A stretch of 64,000 bases of DNA from Actinomycetes bacterium (GCA_021802485.1 JAJZXF010000001.1:46872-110871); one strand, 5' to 3'; shown: positions 19,122 to 29,183, counted from the first letter of the stretch. The notes: generated by a model not told the origin, from the sequence alone. Numbers and translations: made by a program.

Positions 19122-22100
19122 TCTCCTCGGGGCAGGCATAACTGCCATCTACAAGAGGGTCAAGGTAACCGGCGCGCTAGTGGCGGTCCTTGTCGCCTGC
19201 CTAGTCGCTGCAGCGAACCCAGCGATGTTCAACGGTTCGACCATAGCGAGGGACTTCGTTCGCCCACCTCAAGTCCCCTCCTACTACTATCAAGCCGCGC
19301 GCTGGTTGGAGTCCCACGGCGCGGGCACACGGGTCCTTGCTATCCCCGGCTCGAACTTCGCAGCTCACTCGTGGGGGGACACCATCGACCCGGTAATGCC
19401 AGGGTTACTCGTAAACCGACCCTACGTGGTTCGCGCCCAGCTGGTCCAGGGGTCCCTTCCAACCGCCAACCTTCTCTACGCTCTGGACGCCCCACTACAG
19501 GGGGGACGGTTCAGCCCGGCAACCCTTGCCCCACTTGCACGCCTCATGAGCGCTGGTGATGTCCTGGTGCGTTCCGACCTCTCATACTGGCGTTACAACC
19601 TTGCCCGACCACGCGCGACATGGCAGTTGATCGCGGCGTCCCCAGCCGGAAGGCTAGGCCATCCCGTTGGCTTTGGCGCAGCTGTGCCCAACCTCTCCCC
19701 GATCGCAATGCTGGACGAGACGGCCCTTGCACAGAGCCCGGGGCTCGCAACCCCGCCTCCATTGGCCACGATTGCGGTTGCAAATCCGAGACCAATCACA
19801 CGCGTTGAGTCTCCCCAGGGGGTGCTGTTGCTAGACGGGAATGCATCCGGCCTGGTGGCAGCCGCTGACACCGGCCTGCTCGCCAACAACCCGACCATCC
19901 TCTACGCAGCATCGGTTTCCCGGAACGCCAAGGAGATGGCACGGCTCCTCAAGGCCAGCAGCGACCTGGTCCTCACCGACAGCAACCGCTTGCGCGGTTA
20001 TCGATGGGACTCGTTGAGGGCCAACGTCGGCTACACGGAGACTGCTCATCACCACTCGACGAGCTACGACCCGACCAACGCCCCAATGAACATCTTCCCT
20101 GGAGCGCCAAAGGACACCTATACGCTTGCCAAGCAGCTGGGCGTCGCCTCTGTGACAGCCTCCTCGTACGGCAATCCGGTGACCTTCACCCCCGAGGACC
20201 GCGCGGCGATGGCGATTGATGGAAACCTGAACACCGCATGGCAGACGGGGGCATTTTCCTCCGCGCGCGGCCAGTGGCTGCGCATCAAGCTGCTAAAGCC
20301 AGTTACCACGAACAGCATTGACCTCGTACAGCCGCTACATGGGAACCCCCTGCGCTGGATCACAAAGGTCACCATCACCTTTGACGGGAAACACCCCCTA
20401 ACAGTCCACCTCGGACCAACGTCCCGGACAGCCGCGGGTCAGGTCGTGCACTTCAACACGAGGACCTTCAGGACCGTGAAGATCACCATCGACAACACCA
20501 GCCAGGCGTTCGGCTCCAACACCGCCGCGTTGAACGCTGTCGGCTTCGCCGAGGTCCGGATCGACCACCAGCACGTCAGCGAAGTGATATCCATGCCTCA
20601 GGACATGCTTCGCGCTGCGGGCAAAGCGTCACTTTCGCACAGGCTGACACTGATCATGACCAGACAACGGGTAGCGCCCGTGCCTCCACGAAGCGATCCC
20701 GAGCGCTACATGGCCCGATCCTTCTGGCTCCCGACACAGCGGACGTTCACTTTGTCGGGAACGGCGCGTATCTCGGCCCTTATACCAGACAGCATGATCG
20801 ATGTCCTTTTCGGCGTCCCAGGCTCGAACGGAAGCGGCATCGTCGCCACATCGCTGGGGCGGCTCCCGGGGGACTTGAACGCTCGCGCGTCCTCCGCTCT
20901 CGACGGCAACCTATCAACCTCCTGGAGCCCAGGATTTGGCTACTCCCACCAGATCGGGGTGTGGTTGCAGTACAGCCTCCCGCACCCGATCACGTTCAAT
21001 CACCTGAACCTCGCCGTAGTTGCAGACGGCCGCCACTCTGTGCCAACTCGAATCAGGGTCAGCACCAACCGCGGCTACCGCGACGTCACGCTTCCACCCA
21101 TCGCAGATAGCTCGGTCCCAAACGCCACCGTGTCTGTGCCGGTCCACTTCGCACCCCTCACCGGGAAGAACATCAGGATCACCGTCGAGGCGATACGAGC
21201 CGAGAAGACGAGGGACTACTACTCCGGCAGCCCGATCACCGAGCCGGTCGCCATCGCCGAAGCAGGCATCCCGGGCGTCAAGATGCCACCGGTTCCAGCA
21301 CAACTACCAGCTAGGTGCCAATCGAACCTCATCTCGATCGACGGCAAGCCTGTGAGCGTGAAGATAGTCGGAAGCACAAGACGCGCCGCGGGGCTGGGAG
21401 GCATGAGCATCGTCCCGTGCGGAGCGGACGCTCGGGGCATCACGCTCGGACCCGGCTACCACACGGTCCAAACCGTCTCAGGCCATCAAACAGGTTGGAA
21501 CATCGACCGGCTCACCCTCGACTCAGCCCCTGGAGGAGGGCCCGAACCCGCTGCATCAACTCCCTCCTCAGCTACAGCACCTGCGAGTGCGCTTCCCAAC
21601 CCCCCAGCGCCAGGACCAACACCAGCGATAACCGTCAAGAAAGTCGGTCCGACCGTGTCACGCGTCCGAGTCTCTGCCACATCGCATCCGTTCTGGCTGG
21701 TGCTGGGGGAAAGTATCAATCGCGGATGGACTGCAGTTACGTCCAATGGCCACTCCCTGGGGCCGCCGCAGTTGATCGACGGCTTCGCTAACGGCTGGTA
21801 CGTGAACCCCGCCAAGCTCGGGCTTAATGGCAAACAGCCGTTTACGATCACCCTTGACTGGACCCCACAGAACTTGGTCTGGATCGCACTCGTTCTATCT
21901 GCGATAGCGATTCTCGCCTGCCTGCTGCTCGGCGCATGGCCGCTTAGCCTCTGGCCACGTCAAGGGGTCTCGGATGAACGGACGTCACGATTCGCTGGGC
22001 GCAGGACAAGACGCTTACTTCGAAGAAGTAAGGGCAGATCAGCCCTTTCTCCAACGCAAATGCAGGAACGAGGGAGTATCGCAACTCCTGCGTGGAGATG

Positions 22101-22563
22101 CGTTCGCGAGAGCGATGCTCACTCGCCCGTGCTTGCATCGCCGTTCGTAGCCGGTGGATCAAGACCAAGGATGCTCACCGGCATCCTTGCTGCGTCTGCG
22201 TCAGGCGGGATCACGGCCATCACCGTGACCCCGGAACTCGGTCTGGTGGTTGGGATTGTGGCCGCAGCCGTATCTGCCGTTTCACCACTACGATGGCTGC
22301 TGTCTCTGGGTGCCCTGGGTGCAGCGTCAGCAGCCGGGGTGTACACAACTGCGATGCAATACATCCACCATTATCCCCCCGGCGCCTTCTGGCCCGGGCA
22401 CTTCGAGACTGCCAGCCAGCTTGCCTGGGTTGGGATCGCGCTCTTGGCTGCAGATGCCCTGGTCGAGATGGCACGCTGGGGACGCGCCAGCGCCTATGGC
22501 TTCACCCGTCGTGACACCCCAGACACGTCGGCGGGTGGCAACGACTCCGGCGGGGGCGCCTGA
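17950..22563 (+). CDS. AftD-like alpha-(1->3)-arabinofuranosyltransferase-family GT-C membrane glycosyltransferase with discoidin/F5-8-type-C-like domains
   Basis: The ORF track gives 17899-22563 (1554 aa); ATG 17950 or 17986 are likelier starts. The N-terminus (ADTKQYLYLDPGRML...WNPNSNLGTITHENIGYLLPMGPFFW...WVAQRLW) resembles the DUF3367/AftD N-terminal signature as I recall it from mycobacterial AftD. Two carbohydrate-binding-like modules are present (AMAIDGNLNTAWQTG and SSALDGNLSTSWSPG), with C-terminal TM helices. Confidence 0.75.
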   Translation: MARTLRQVGRSLMRNTRLNLSLAVHLGLAAIAYVPMLLAKPGLVAADTKQYLYLDPGRMLHAAAYMWNPNSNLGTITHENIGYLLPMGPFFWITAHLGIATWVAQRLWVGTILFAAAAGVLFLCRTLAVPGPGQPISAIAYMLSPYFLQYVGRMSVILLPWAALPWLVALAARSLRQRSWRYPALFALVVALVSGVNATAILYAGLAPVAWIAYATWVRREVPAKRAGIVVAQIGLLTTLASLWWAAGLRIEAAYGINVLKYTETLPAVASTSLASESLRGLGYWYFYGGGRLGPWLGASVQYTQQVWLVAASFAVPALAILAAIITRWRHRSYFVLIGLTGLALSVGTYPFKHPSILGGALKAFMTNTTAGLALRSTDRATPLLLLSTSILLGAGITAIYKRVKVTGALVAVLVACLVAAANPAMFNGSTIARDFVRPPQVPSYYYQAARWLESHGAGTRVLAIPGSNFAAHSWGDTIDPVMPGLLVNRPYVVRAQLVQGSLPTANLLYALDAPLQGGRFSPATLAPLARLMSAGDVLVRSDLSYWRYNLARPRATWQLIAASPAGRLGHPVGFGAAVPNLSPIAMLDETALAQSPGLATPPPLATIAVANPRPITRVESPQGVLLLDGNASGLVAAADTGLLANNPTILYAASVSRNAKEMARLLKASSDLVLTDSNRLRGYRWDSLRANVGYTETAHHHSTSYDPTNAPMNIFPGAPKDTYTLAKQLGVASVTASSYGNPVTFTPEDRAAMAIDGNLNTAWQTGAFSSARGQWLRIKLLKPVTTNSIDLVQPLHGNPLRWITKVTITFDGKHPLTVHLGPTSRTAAGQVVHFNTRTFRTVKITIDNTSQAFGSNTAALNAVGFAEVRIDHQHVSEVISMPQDMLRAAGKASLSHRLTLIMTRQRVAPVPPRSDPERYMARSFWLPTQRTFTLSGTARISALIPDSMIDVLFGVPGSNGSGIVATSLGRLPGDLNARASSALDGNLSTSWSPGFGYSHQIGVWLQYSLPHPITFNHLNLAVVADGRHSVPTRIRVSTNRGYRDVTLPPIADSSVPNATVSVPVHFAPLTGKNIRITVEAIRAEKTRDYYSGSPITEPVAIAEAGIPGVKMPPVPAQLPARCQSNLISIDGKPVSVKIVGSTRRAAGLGGMSIVPCGADARGITLGPGYHTVQTVSGHQTGWNIDRLTLDSAPGGGPEPAASTPSSATAPASALPNPPAPGPTPAITVKKVGPTVSRVRVSATSHPFWLVLGESINRGWTAVTSNGHSLGPPQLIDGFANGWYVNPAKLGLNGKQPFTITLDWTPQNLVWIALVLSAIAILACLLLGAWPLSLWPRQGVSDERTSRFAGRRTRRLLRRSKGRSALSPTQMQERGSIATPAWRCVRESDAHSPVLASPFVAGGSRPRMLTGILAASASGGITAITVTPELGLVVGIVAAAVSAVSPLRWLLSLGALGAASAAGVYTTAMQYIHHYPPGAFWPGHFETASQLAWVGIALLAADALVEMARWGRASAYGFTRRDTPDTSAGGNDSGGGA

Positions 22564-22899
22564 GAATAGGTGGCCGGAATTGCGCCACAGGCCCCTGCCT
22601 ATAACGGGAAGCCTGTCGGGGATGAGTCGGAGTCGACATTTGAACGTGGCCTCACAGCCAAGTCCGTGCACTGCGGCAACATCCGCTCCAGCGATCTGAA
22701 CTGGAGCATTCTCATGCCCGATGCGAGTCTGCGCTCGACAAGGTAAGCTGGTGAACGCCCAGTCCGGGAAAGTGATCACCGCCATCAAAGGCTGCGAGCA
22801 CCGGAAGGTCCCCGCTCGATCTCGGAACTGAGTAACCTGGGTGCATCGATGCGGCCGCCCAATGCCTCTGTTGTTACTCCCCCATGAGATGATCTACCT

Positions 22900-23604
22900 A
22901 TGACCACCATTGCTGACCTTCTTGAGCGCCCCGTCTATGCCATTCCCCAGGTTGACGGTCTCCTTGGCCTTAATCCGGGAACGGCCCGTCGGTGGATCGA
23001 GGGCTATAGGCGTGGGAGCAAGGCATACCCTCCGATCGTTCGAATCGAAGCCACCGCTGACGACAGTGTTACCTGGGGAGAGTTCGTCGAGACCCGGTTG
23101 CTCCGTGAATATCGTGATCTTGGTGCGCATGTCAGACTCATGCGTCCGGCCGTCGAGAAACTTCGTGAGGAGTTCAACACCAAGTACCCCCTGGCTTACG
23201 CACGCCCCTATCTCGATGTTGATGGCAGGGAGCTGGTGCGACGCATACAAGATGAGGTGCATCTCGACAAGCGCGTCACCCTTGTCACCGTTCGAAACAA
23301 CCAGTTGATCCTGACTCCTCAAGCTGAGCGATTTGTGAGTTCAGTCGACTTCCATGCGACGGAAGGGATTGTTGAGCGTGTGCACCCGGCCCCCGATCTC
23401 AAAGAGGTCGCCATGGACCCGCTCCGCCAGTTTGGCGAGCCGGTTGTGAGAAGTGTCAGGACGGACATCATTGCCGAACAGATGCGAGCGGGAGACAGCA
23501 TGGAGATGATTGCAGAGTTATATGAACTTTCATCCATTCAAGTTGAGGCTGCGGTCCGCTTCGAACTGATTCGAGGGAAGCCGGTAATGGAAACGGCTGC
23601 CTAA
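22900..23604 (+). CDS. HTH + DUF433 protein (putative antitoxin, VapB45-like architecture)
   Basis: 234 aa. The C-terminal MDPLRQFGEPVVRSVRTDIIAEQMRAGDSMEMIAELYELSSIQVEAAVRFE matches the DUF433 pattern (DP..FG.P...G.R...). An N-terminal HTH-like segment is present (LLGLNPGTARRWIEGY). Confidence 0.7.
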   Translation: MTTIADLLERPVYAIPQVDGLLGLNPGTARRWIEGYRRGSKAYPPIVRIEATADDSVTWGEFVETRLLREYRDLGAHVRLMRPAVEKLREEFNTKYPLAYARPYLDVDGRELVRRIQDEVHLDKRVTLVTVRNNQLILTPQAERFVSSVDFHATEGIVERVHPAPDLKEVAMDPLRQFGEPVVRSVRTDIIAEQMRAGDSMEMIAELYELSSIQVEAAVRFELIRGKPVMETAA

Positions 23605-23609
23605 TTCGA

Positions 23610-24023
23610 ATGACCGCCGACTTGAAGAACCTCCGGTTCTTTGTCGACGAGAACATCCTGGGTGTCGGAAAATCGCTAGCTATCGCTCGCGATGACGCCA
23701 TCCATACAGGTCATCCGCTGATCCCCGAGGTTCCAGTCGGCACGCTCGATACCGACTGGATTCCCGCCGTTGCAGCTCGCAATCTCGTGGTCATCAGTCG
23801 TGACAAGGCGATACGAACCAAACCGGCAGAGATTGCACTACTTCGAGCCCACGACCTTCGCATCTTCTGGATTGCCGGGAAAAAGGATCGCGGTACGTGG
23901 GGCAACCTCGTCCTTCTGGTCCGCCGGTGGGAAGAGATCGAGAGCATCGTTGCCAACCGCGGACCGGGTCCCTGGTTTATGGCAATGGGCGAAACCAGAA
24001 TTTCCGAGTTCGCCGTGCAGTAG
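23610..24023 (+). CDS. PIN-like/DUF5615-type putative toxin nuclease
   Basis: 137 aa, starting 5 nt after the DUF433 gene. It carries FFVDENI near the N-terminus, then TDWIP and VVISRDKAI, acidic/Ser-Thr positions typical of PIN-like (Mut7-C/DUF5615) domains. Confidence 0.6.
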   Translation: MTADLKNLRFFVDENILGVGKSLAIARDDAIHTGHPLIPEVPVGTLDTDWIPAVAARNLVVISRDKAIRTKPAEIALLRAHDLRIFWIAGKKDRGTWGNLVLLVRRWEEIESIVANRGPGPWFMAMGETRISEFAVQ

Positions 24024-24111
24024 TCCCGACACCCGCTACCGTCGTACGCCATTGGCTTCACCAGCTGGGAGGGAAGTCACCCAGCGAGCGATGATAGCCG
24101 GAGGATTCCTC

Positions 24112-25521
24112 TCAGGGCTGCTCCGAACGGCCCCCTGCAAGCCCTGCAAGAACGTCACCAGTCTCAGCATCGACATCCCTCGCTACGGTCCCCACGGTCT
24201 CACGTGTTGCTAACCCGTTCCCAGACTCGAGCGGCTGTGCGTGAACCACCGGTGGGCCAGAGCCGTCGCAGCTCACCCCGCCTTGGCGGCTTGCCACACC
24301 TTTCGAGGGGTTTCCAAAGCGCAGGATCGCTGGATCGACCGCGATGCCGTTGGAACGCGCGACCTCAGAAGCAACCACTTGCAGTGTGTGCCTAGCGGTC
24401 GAATCCCAGGTAAGGCTCTCTGCTCTCGCAAGAGCACCCTTGGAAAGCTTCAGCCGCAGCCCTTCATCGCTGAGGATTGTGTCAAGCGCACCAACAAGCT
24501 CCTCCTCATCACCCGCGAGTAAGCCGGTCACCCCGCTATCGACTGTGTCCACTTGGCCGACAACCCTCGTAGCAACAGCTGGCGTGCCACATGCGCCGGC
24601 CTCGGTAATGGTCATGCCCCAGCCCTCCCTCGCCGATGCGGACACGAGCAGCCATGCCCGGCGGTAGAGATCCACCAGTTCCTCATCGGGAAGGCGACCG
24701 GGGAGGTGGATCCACCCCTCAGCGTTATGCGCTCGCACGACCCGCTCGATCTCCGAGCGCATATATCCTTCGCCAGCGATCACCGCTTCAAGTCCTCGGT
24801 GACGCTGCTTGAGCTTTACCAGCGCGTCAACAACCATCCCATGGCGTTTTACGGGGACTAAGCGCCCCACGCACGCTACCAGCGGATGCGTCGAGCGGTC
24901 TCCACCTGGGCTGAAGGATGGGTCAATGCCTGGAGGAACCACCACCACATTGCTGGCTGGCAGACCCAGGGCACTCACTATCTCCGAGCGCGAAGACTCC
25001 GACAGCGTCACCACCTTGGCACTGCGGTAGAACGGCGGTGCAATCGTACGCTCAATGCTCTGCCCAAACCTGGCCAGGGGACCTGGAAGGACCATGCGCC
25101 ACATCTCAGCATGAACATGGTGGAGAAATATTACGCGCGGCCCGCGGTGCCATAGAGGGGAAAAGAACGGCATGCCATTCCAGATCTCCACCAGCGCCTC
25201 GCCCCGCTGTGAGCCCCTGAGCAGACCGCGAGCGGCGGTTCGCGGAAAGACCGTATAACGCCCACCGCGACGCACAACTCCGTATCCGTCCCGCATGCGC
25301 ACCACCGGGTGCCCCGCCGCCCTGGATGTCTCCAAGGTCAAGTCTAAACCAGCCGCTGCCCACAGCTGTGCGATACGATGAGCATGCAGCTCAGAACCCC
25401 CAGACTCGGGATCATCAAGGTCACGCCACGACACCATGCGGACGCGCCGCAACCCCACGGCCTTAGCTACCTCAGACAAGCTTGGAGCTACTTCCCCTGC
25501 CCCCGTCATCTCATCAGTCAC
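24112..25521 (-). CDS. Family-4 (GT-B) glycosyltransferase
   Basis: 469 aa with N-terminal GGSELHAHRIA and the EGWGMTITEAGACGTPAVATRV (E-x7-E) donor-binding motif. A ~90-aa C-terminal tail of uncertain reality follows. Confidence 0.85.
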   Translation of the reverse strand: MTDEMTGAGEVAPSLSEVAKAVGLRRVRMVSWRDLDDPESGGSELHAHRIAQLWAAAGLDLTLETSRAAGHPVVRMRDGYGVVRRGGRYTVFPRTAARGLLRGSQRGEALVEIWNGMPFFSPLWHRGPRVIFLHHVHAEMWRMVLPGPLARFGQSIERTIAPPFYRSAKVVTLSESSRSEIVSALGLPASNVVVVPPGIDPSFSPGGDRSTHPLVACVGRLVPVKRHGMVVDALVKLKQRHRGLEAVIAGEGYMRSEIERVVRAHNAEGWIHLPGRLPDEELVDLYRRAWLLVSASAREGWGMTITEAGACGTPAVATRVVGQVDTVDSGVTGLLAGDEEELVGALDTILSDEGLRLKLSKGALARAESLTWDSTARHTLQVVASEVARSNGIAVDPAILRFGNPSKGVASRQGGVSCDGSGPPVVHAQPLESGNGLATRETVGTVARDVDAETGDVLAGLAGGRSEQP

Positions 25522-25765
25522 TCGCCCTCCACAGCCGTTACCTCACCAACACCCGCGCAACACCAGGCTGGAGTACCCGACACCAGAGCGCAACCATCCC
25601 GTTCACTTCTTCGCGGCAAAACGTATCACCACGCACCTGACTTTTGCCCGACCTGGCGAGAGCCCCCGACCATGAACCCCAAGGTTAGTACGTAACGAAG
25701 GCATGCTGTCCAAAACGAACGCCGGGAGACCGCAACTGCTAGCAGTGAACCAACACAAGCAGGGC

Positions 25766-27475
25766 TCACCGTTTGCCAGCAGCTGCTTTACTTGGAAGTA
25801 TGGGAGCCGATCTGCCAGTACGCTCTATGGAGTCACCCGGCCTCCCCAATGCCACAGAATCCGCTCTATCACTCCCGGACGCAAGAGCAGCTTCCTCGTG
25901 ATATTCGTCCTCTACATTTACCGACCAGACGTCGTGGTGTGCACCGTAGATGTTCTCCACGCTGAGCATTGCGGTCCACATGGAATGATCCTGGTTGTTG
26001 TACTTGTGCATGCCGTTTCTCCCCACCGGATACACATTTCGCACATTGGCCTCGATCCACTTGCGCAACACGCCCACACTGTCGCGGTAGGCATCGTCGT
26101 AAACCGGATAAGCCTTCGGCATCCTTACAACGTAACCCGCATCCACCCTGTCCCCACTTACCAAACTGAGAGCTTCCAGCTCCCGCGTAGCAAGATCAAT
26201 CAAGGCATCGTCGTCCATAACCCACATGTCGTCGCCTTCGAAGACGAAGTACTCGAGGCCCAAGCACGTGCGGCCGTCCTTTACCATGTACGGCGACCAC
26301 GATCCAAAGTTCTGAATCCTTCCGACCTTTACTCCTGGCGAGTGAACGTAGATCCAGTTATCACGAAAGGCTGCTTCAGCCGGAACCACGAGGGCAACGG
26401 TCAGAAAATCTCTGTAACGAAGACTACCAGCAGCCTCTACCACCTCCGGAGGCGGAGCTGGATCCATGCACTTGACCAGGGCGCCGAGAGGCATCGATGA
26501 GATCACGTGCGTGGCCTTCCATGTCCTTTCGGACCCATCAACAAGCGCTGTGACACCGACCGCGAGCCCCCCTTCATGGTGCACGCTCACCACTGGGGAC
26601 TCCAGTAGCACCTCGCCACCCATCTCCTCGACGAGATCCCGCGCTCGTTCCCACATCATCCCGGGGCCGTACTTCGGGTAGCGAAACTCCTCGATGAGGC
26701 TTGTGATCTCCTCGGAATTGCGCCTTGGAAACAGAGCCTTTACCACTGCCTTGCCAAGCGTGAGGCTCTTGATCCGCTGCGCTGCCCAGTCAGCCTGGAT
26801 CTCGGACGCAGGCACACCCCAAACCTTTTCCGTATAGGTCTTGAAAAATTTCCTATACAGCCGCCAGCCAAACCGCGAAGCGGTCCATCCTTCGAAGGTC
26901 TCCAAGTCCGACGGAGGCCGAATCCGCGCCGACATGTAAGAAAGCACACACCGCAGTGCCTCCATCGCCCCAAGCCCTTTTAGCGCATTTAACGGTCGCA
27001 GGGGATAGTCGAAGAACTTTCCGTCGTAATAGATCCGGCTCATTCTCGGACGCTGGAGGAAGTCACCATCAGGAAGGATCTCGCGCCAGAGGTCCTCGAC
27101 CGCACGGACTTTGGTAAAGAACCGATGCCCCCCGATGTCAAACCTCCAGCCATCCCGCTCAACCGTGCGGCTAATGCCACCGACTATGGAGTCGGCCTCG
27201 AGTACAGTACAGCTTCCCCACCCCTGCCGCGGCCTACCGCCTTTCAACAACTGGTACGCGGCGGTAAGCCCGGCAGGTCCGGCACCCACCACTACAACCT
27301 CAACCGGGACATCGGCTTGCGCTCCGGCAATACTGCAATGACAACCACCACTTGCAGAACTGCCGCAGTTGTGAGCCCGGCCCGGGCCAGAAACCACCGG
27401 ACCGTTGGGGCCGTCTGCTCCCGTGGGAACGTTCACGCGCTCGCCATAATTGAAGCCAGGGAGTTCCGCTTGCAC
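25766..27475 (-). CDS. FAD/NAD(P)-dependent oxidoreductase (amine-oxidase/UDP-galactopyranose-mutase-like fold)
   Basis: 569-aa ORF with dinucleotide-binding VVVVGAGPAGLTAAYQL. The true start may lie ~50 codons downstream of 27475. This family is commonly co-located with GT genes. Confidence 0.75.
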   Translation of the reverse strand: MQAELPGFNYGERVNVPTGADGPNGPVVSGPGRAHNCGSSASGGCHCSIAGAQADVPVEVVVVGAGPAGLTAAYQLLKGGRPRQGWGSCTVLEADSIVGGISRTVERDGWRFDIGGHRFFTKVRAVEDLWREILPDGDFLQRPRMSRIYYDGKFFDYPLRPLNALKGLGAMEALRCVLSYMSARIRPPSDLETFEGWTASRFGWRLYRKFFKTYTEKVWGVPASEIQADWAAQRIKSLTLGKAVVKALFPRRNSEEITSLIEEFRYPKYGPGMMWERARDLVEEMGGEVLLESPVVSVHHEGGLAVGVTALVDGSERTWKATHVISSMPLGALVKCMDPAPPPEVVEAAGSLRYRDFLTVALVVPAEAAFRDNWIYVHSPGVKVGRIQNFGSWSPYMVKDGRTCLGLEYFVFEGDDMWVMDDDALIDLATRELEALSLVSGDRVDAGYVVRMPKAYPVYDDAYRDSVGVLRKWIEANVRNVYPVGRNGMHKYNNQDHSMWTAMLSVENIYGAHHDVWSVNVEDEYHEEAALASGSDRADSVALGRPGDSIERTGRSAPILPSKAAAGKR

Positions 27476-27984
27476 TTCGTCACTACTATTGCCAGTTTCC
27501 CGTCGACGCTAAGAAGTGGGAACAAGCCCGTCCCCGGTCGTGTTGGAGTTCTGTGTCCAAGACCAGCAGATACAACGAGCCTCCGGGGCTCTTGGTCATG
27601 CAAATCCAACACGTGAATACCTACGCCTCCGTGACCCATTTGCGCAAGTAAGACTTGCTGCTCGAACTCACCCGACGCCACGTTCGCCACGGGGCACGAC
27701 AGCCAACCCAGCTGTTGATGGGCCTTTGGCTCTTCGAGAGTCGTCTCGTTCATCATCCTGATCGCACACTGTGAGTTTTCTACACCTTCAGACCATGTGG
27801 ATGCTTCGCCACCAGCACTCTTGACCGCGTGGCTTTCGCAAGGAACCTGCAGGAGCGTTCGCGTCTTACCACCGACCAAACACACGAAACACACGGACCC
27901 CCATTTCAGACCGAGCCAGATCACGGCGCGCCTGCTCCACGAGTGTAGACGTTAGCAGCTGGGACACCCAACGAGCTTGTTCTG

Positions 27985-28638
27985 CTAGAGCCGGTACGCA
28001 ACGATTGAAATCGCTGCATACTGCGCTAGGTACGCAGCGATTGTGCAAGCGTGAAACACCTCGTGGTAGCCGAAAACCCAAGCGGAGCGCTTGGGTTTTC
28101 GTAATGCGTACGCGACGCCACCCATCAGGTAGATGGCTCCGCCCGCTGCCACCAGCACGAAAACCCCAACACCCCCATTTTGCAATATTTCCGGCATGAT
28201 CGGCACTGCCACACAACCCAGCGAGGCATATACCGGCACAATCACGGCGCGAGGTGCTTGTGGCCATAGAACCGACATCAGAACTCCGGCCAAGGCGCCT
28301 ACCCACACCACTACCAGGATTGCGATCCCGACATCTCCATGGAGAACAAGGAGCGCGAATGGCGTGTAGCTGCCCGCAATCGCGAGAAAGATGTTCGCGT
28401 GATCCAACCTCTTTAGAAGCAGCCAAATCTTCGGCGACCAGGAACCCCTGTGGTAGATCGCACTCACACCAAATAACACAACTACCGTCACCGAGTAGAT
28501 CGCGCAGGCAACCCTCGCACGAGAACCAGAAGCAAGGGCCACGAGAACCGCACCAGCAACCACTGCCGATGGCGCCGCTACCGCGTGCAACCATCCCCTC
28601 AGGAGCGGCTTCGCGGTTTCGGTTCCGTCATTGCTCAA
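27985..28638 (-). CDS. Hemolysin-III/PAQR family membrane protein
   Basis: 217 aa with 7 predicted hydrophobic helices. It has N-terminal LRGWLH, SAIYH and HEVFH motifs characteristic of the HlyIII/TrhA family. Confidence 0.85.
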   Translation of the reverse strand: MSNDGTETAKPLLRGWLHAVAAPSAVVAGAVLVALASGSRARVACAIYSVTVVVLFGVSAIYHRGSWSPKIWLLLKRLDHANIFLAIAGSYTPFALLVLHGDVGIAILVVVWVGALAGVLMSVLWPQAPRAVIVPVYASLGCVAVPIMPEILQNGGVGVFVLVAAGGAIYLMGGVAYALRKPKRSAWVFGYHEVFHACTIAAYLAQYAAISIVAYRL

Positions 28639-29073
28639 CTGTACAAACTCTCGCGAAATGAGTTCTCGGCACGCAGACTAGATGGATCGCGTCCCGACAA
28701 CAACCCGACGCGCACCACTGCCGCGATCCCCTGTTTCCTGGTTATCTTAGCCAGCGAGTACGCCAGTGAACACTCGCTTACGCGATTTGGTCGATCATGT
28801 CAATTTACTTAGTTTAGCACTCCACGATGGGCTCGACTGCCGGCGCCGATTTCGCAACGACCGATCCGGCCCTGTGACTCCGGAGTCACCTGACCCGGTC
28901 GCCGATGTCACACCCGGGGTCCGCCCACCTGGTGCTGGGTACCTGGCGCCAACCATGACCCACCACGATTGGCTGAATCACAAGCAAGTCCGCCAAGGAA
29001 TGGCCCTCCCGATGGCGTGACTCCGCGGCTTGCCAGTTGCGTGTTGACGAGCCCCCGGTGATCCCGGAGCACC

Positions 29074-29183
29074 TACGTGATAGCTCTCCACACCACCAGC
29101 ATTGTGCGCAGCCACCGACCCGTGGCCGCGTAATCACGCGGGCCGCCTTACGTGATAGCTCTCCACACCACCAGCATTGTGCG
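29074..29183. repeat. 35-bp perfect direct repeat, period 75 bp (about 1.5 copies)
   Basis: TACGTGATAGCTCTCCACACCACCAGCATTGTGCG occurs at 29074-29108 and again at 29149-29183. The 40-bp spacer contains the hairpin GGCCGCG-TAATCA-CGCGGGCC. Confidence 0.9.

Noticed and set aside
22564-22899. Intergenic region after the AftD-like gene with short minus-strand ORFs (for example 22327-22788)
   Set aside because: The ORFs run antisense into the AftD-like gene or are under 50 codons without SD or motifs. No RNA structure was recognised.
27433-27924. 163-aa minus-strand ORF between hlyIII and the FAD oxidoreductase (possible start MMNETT at 27756)
   Set aside because: No recognisable motif and no clear SD. 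It overlaps the uncertain 5' end of the oxidoreductase ORF and cannot be supported as a gene from sequence alone.
27866-28594. 242-aa minus-strand ORF overlapping the hemolysin-III gene
   Set aside because: It is an alternative frame of the same region. The 27985-28638 frame gives a clean 7-helix HlyIII-type protein and this one does not.
28843-28862. CGCCGATTTCGCAAC resembles the IS terminal repeat CGCCGATTTCCACGCAAC (a possible solo IS end)
   Set aside because: The match is only 10+5 nt with a 3-nt gap, similarity does not continue inward, and there is no partner end or TSD. It may be chance.
29074-29183. 35-bp repeat pair considered as a mini-CRISPR array
   Set aside because: There are only two copies with one 40-bp spacer, no leader or cas context, and the spacer is itself a hairpin. 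It is reported as a direct repeat instead.
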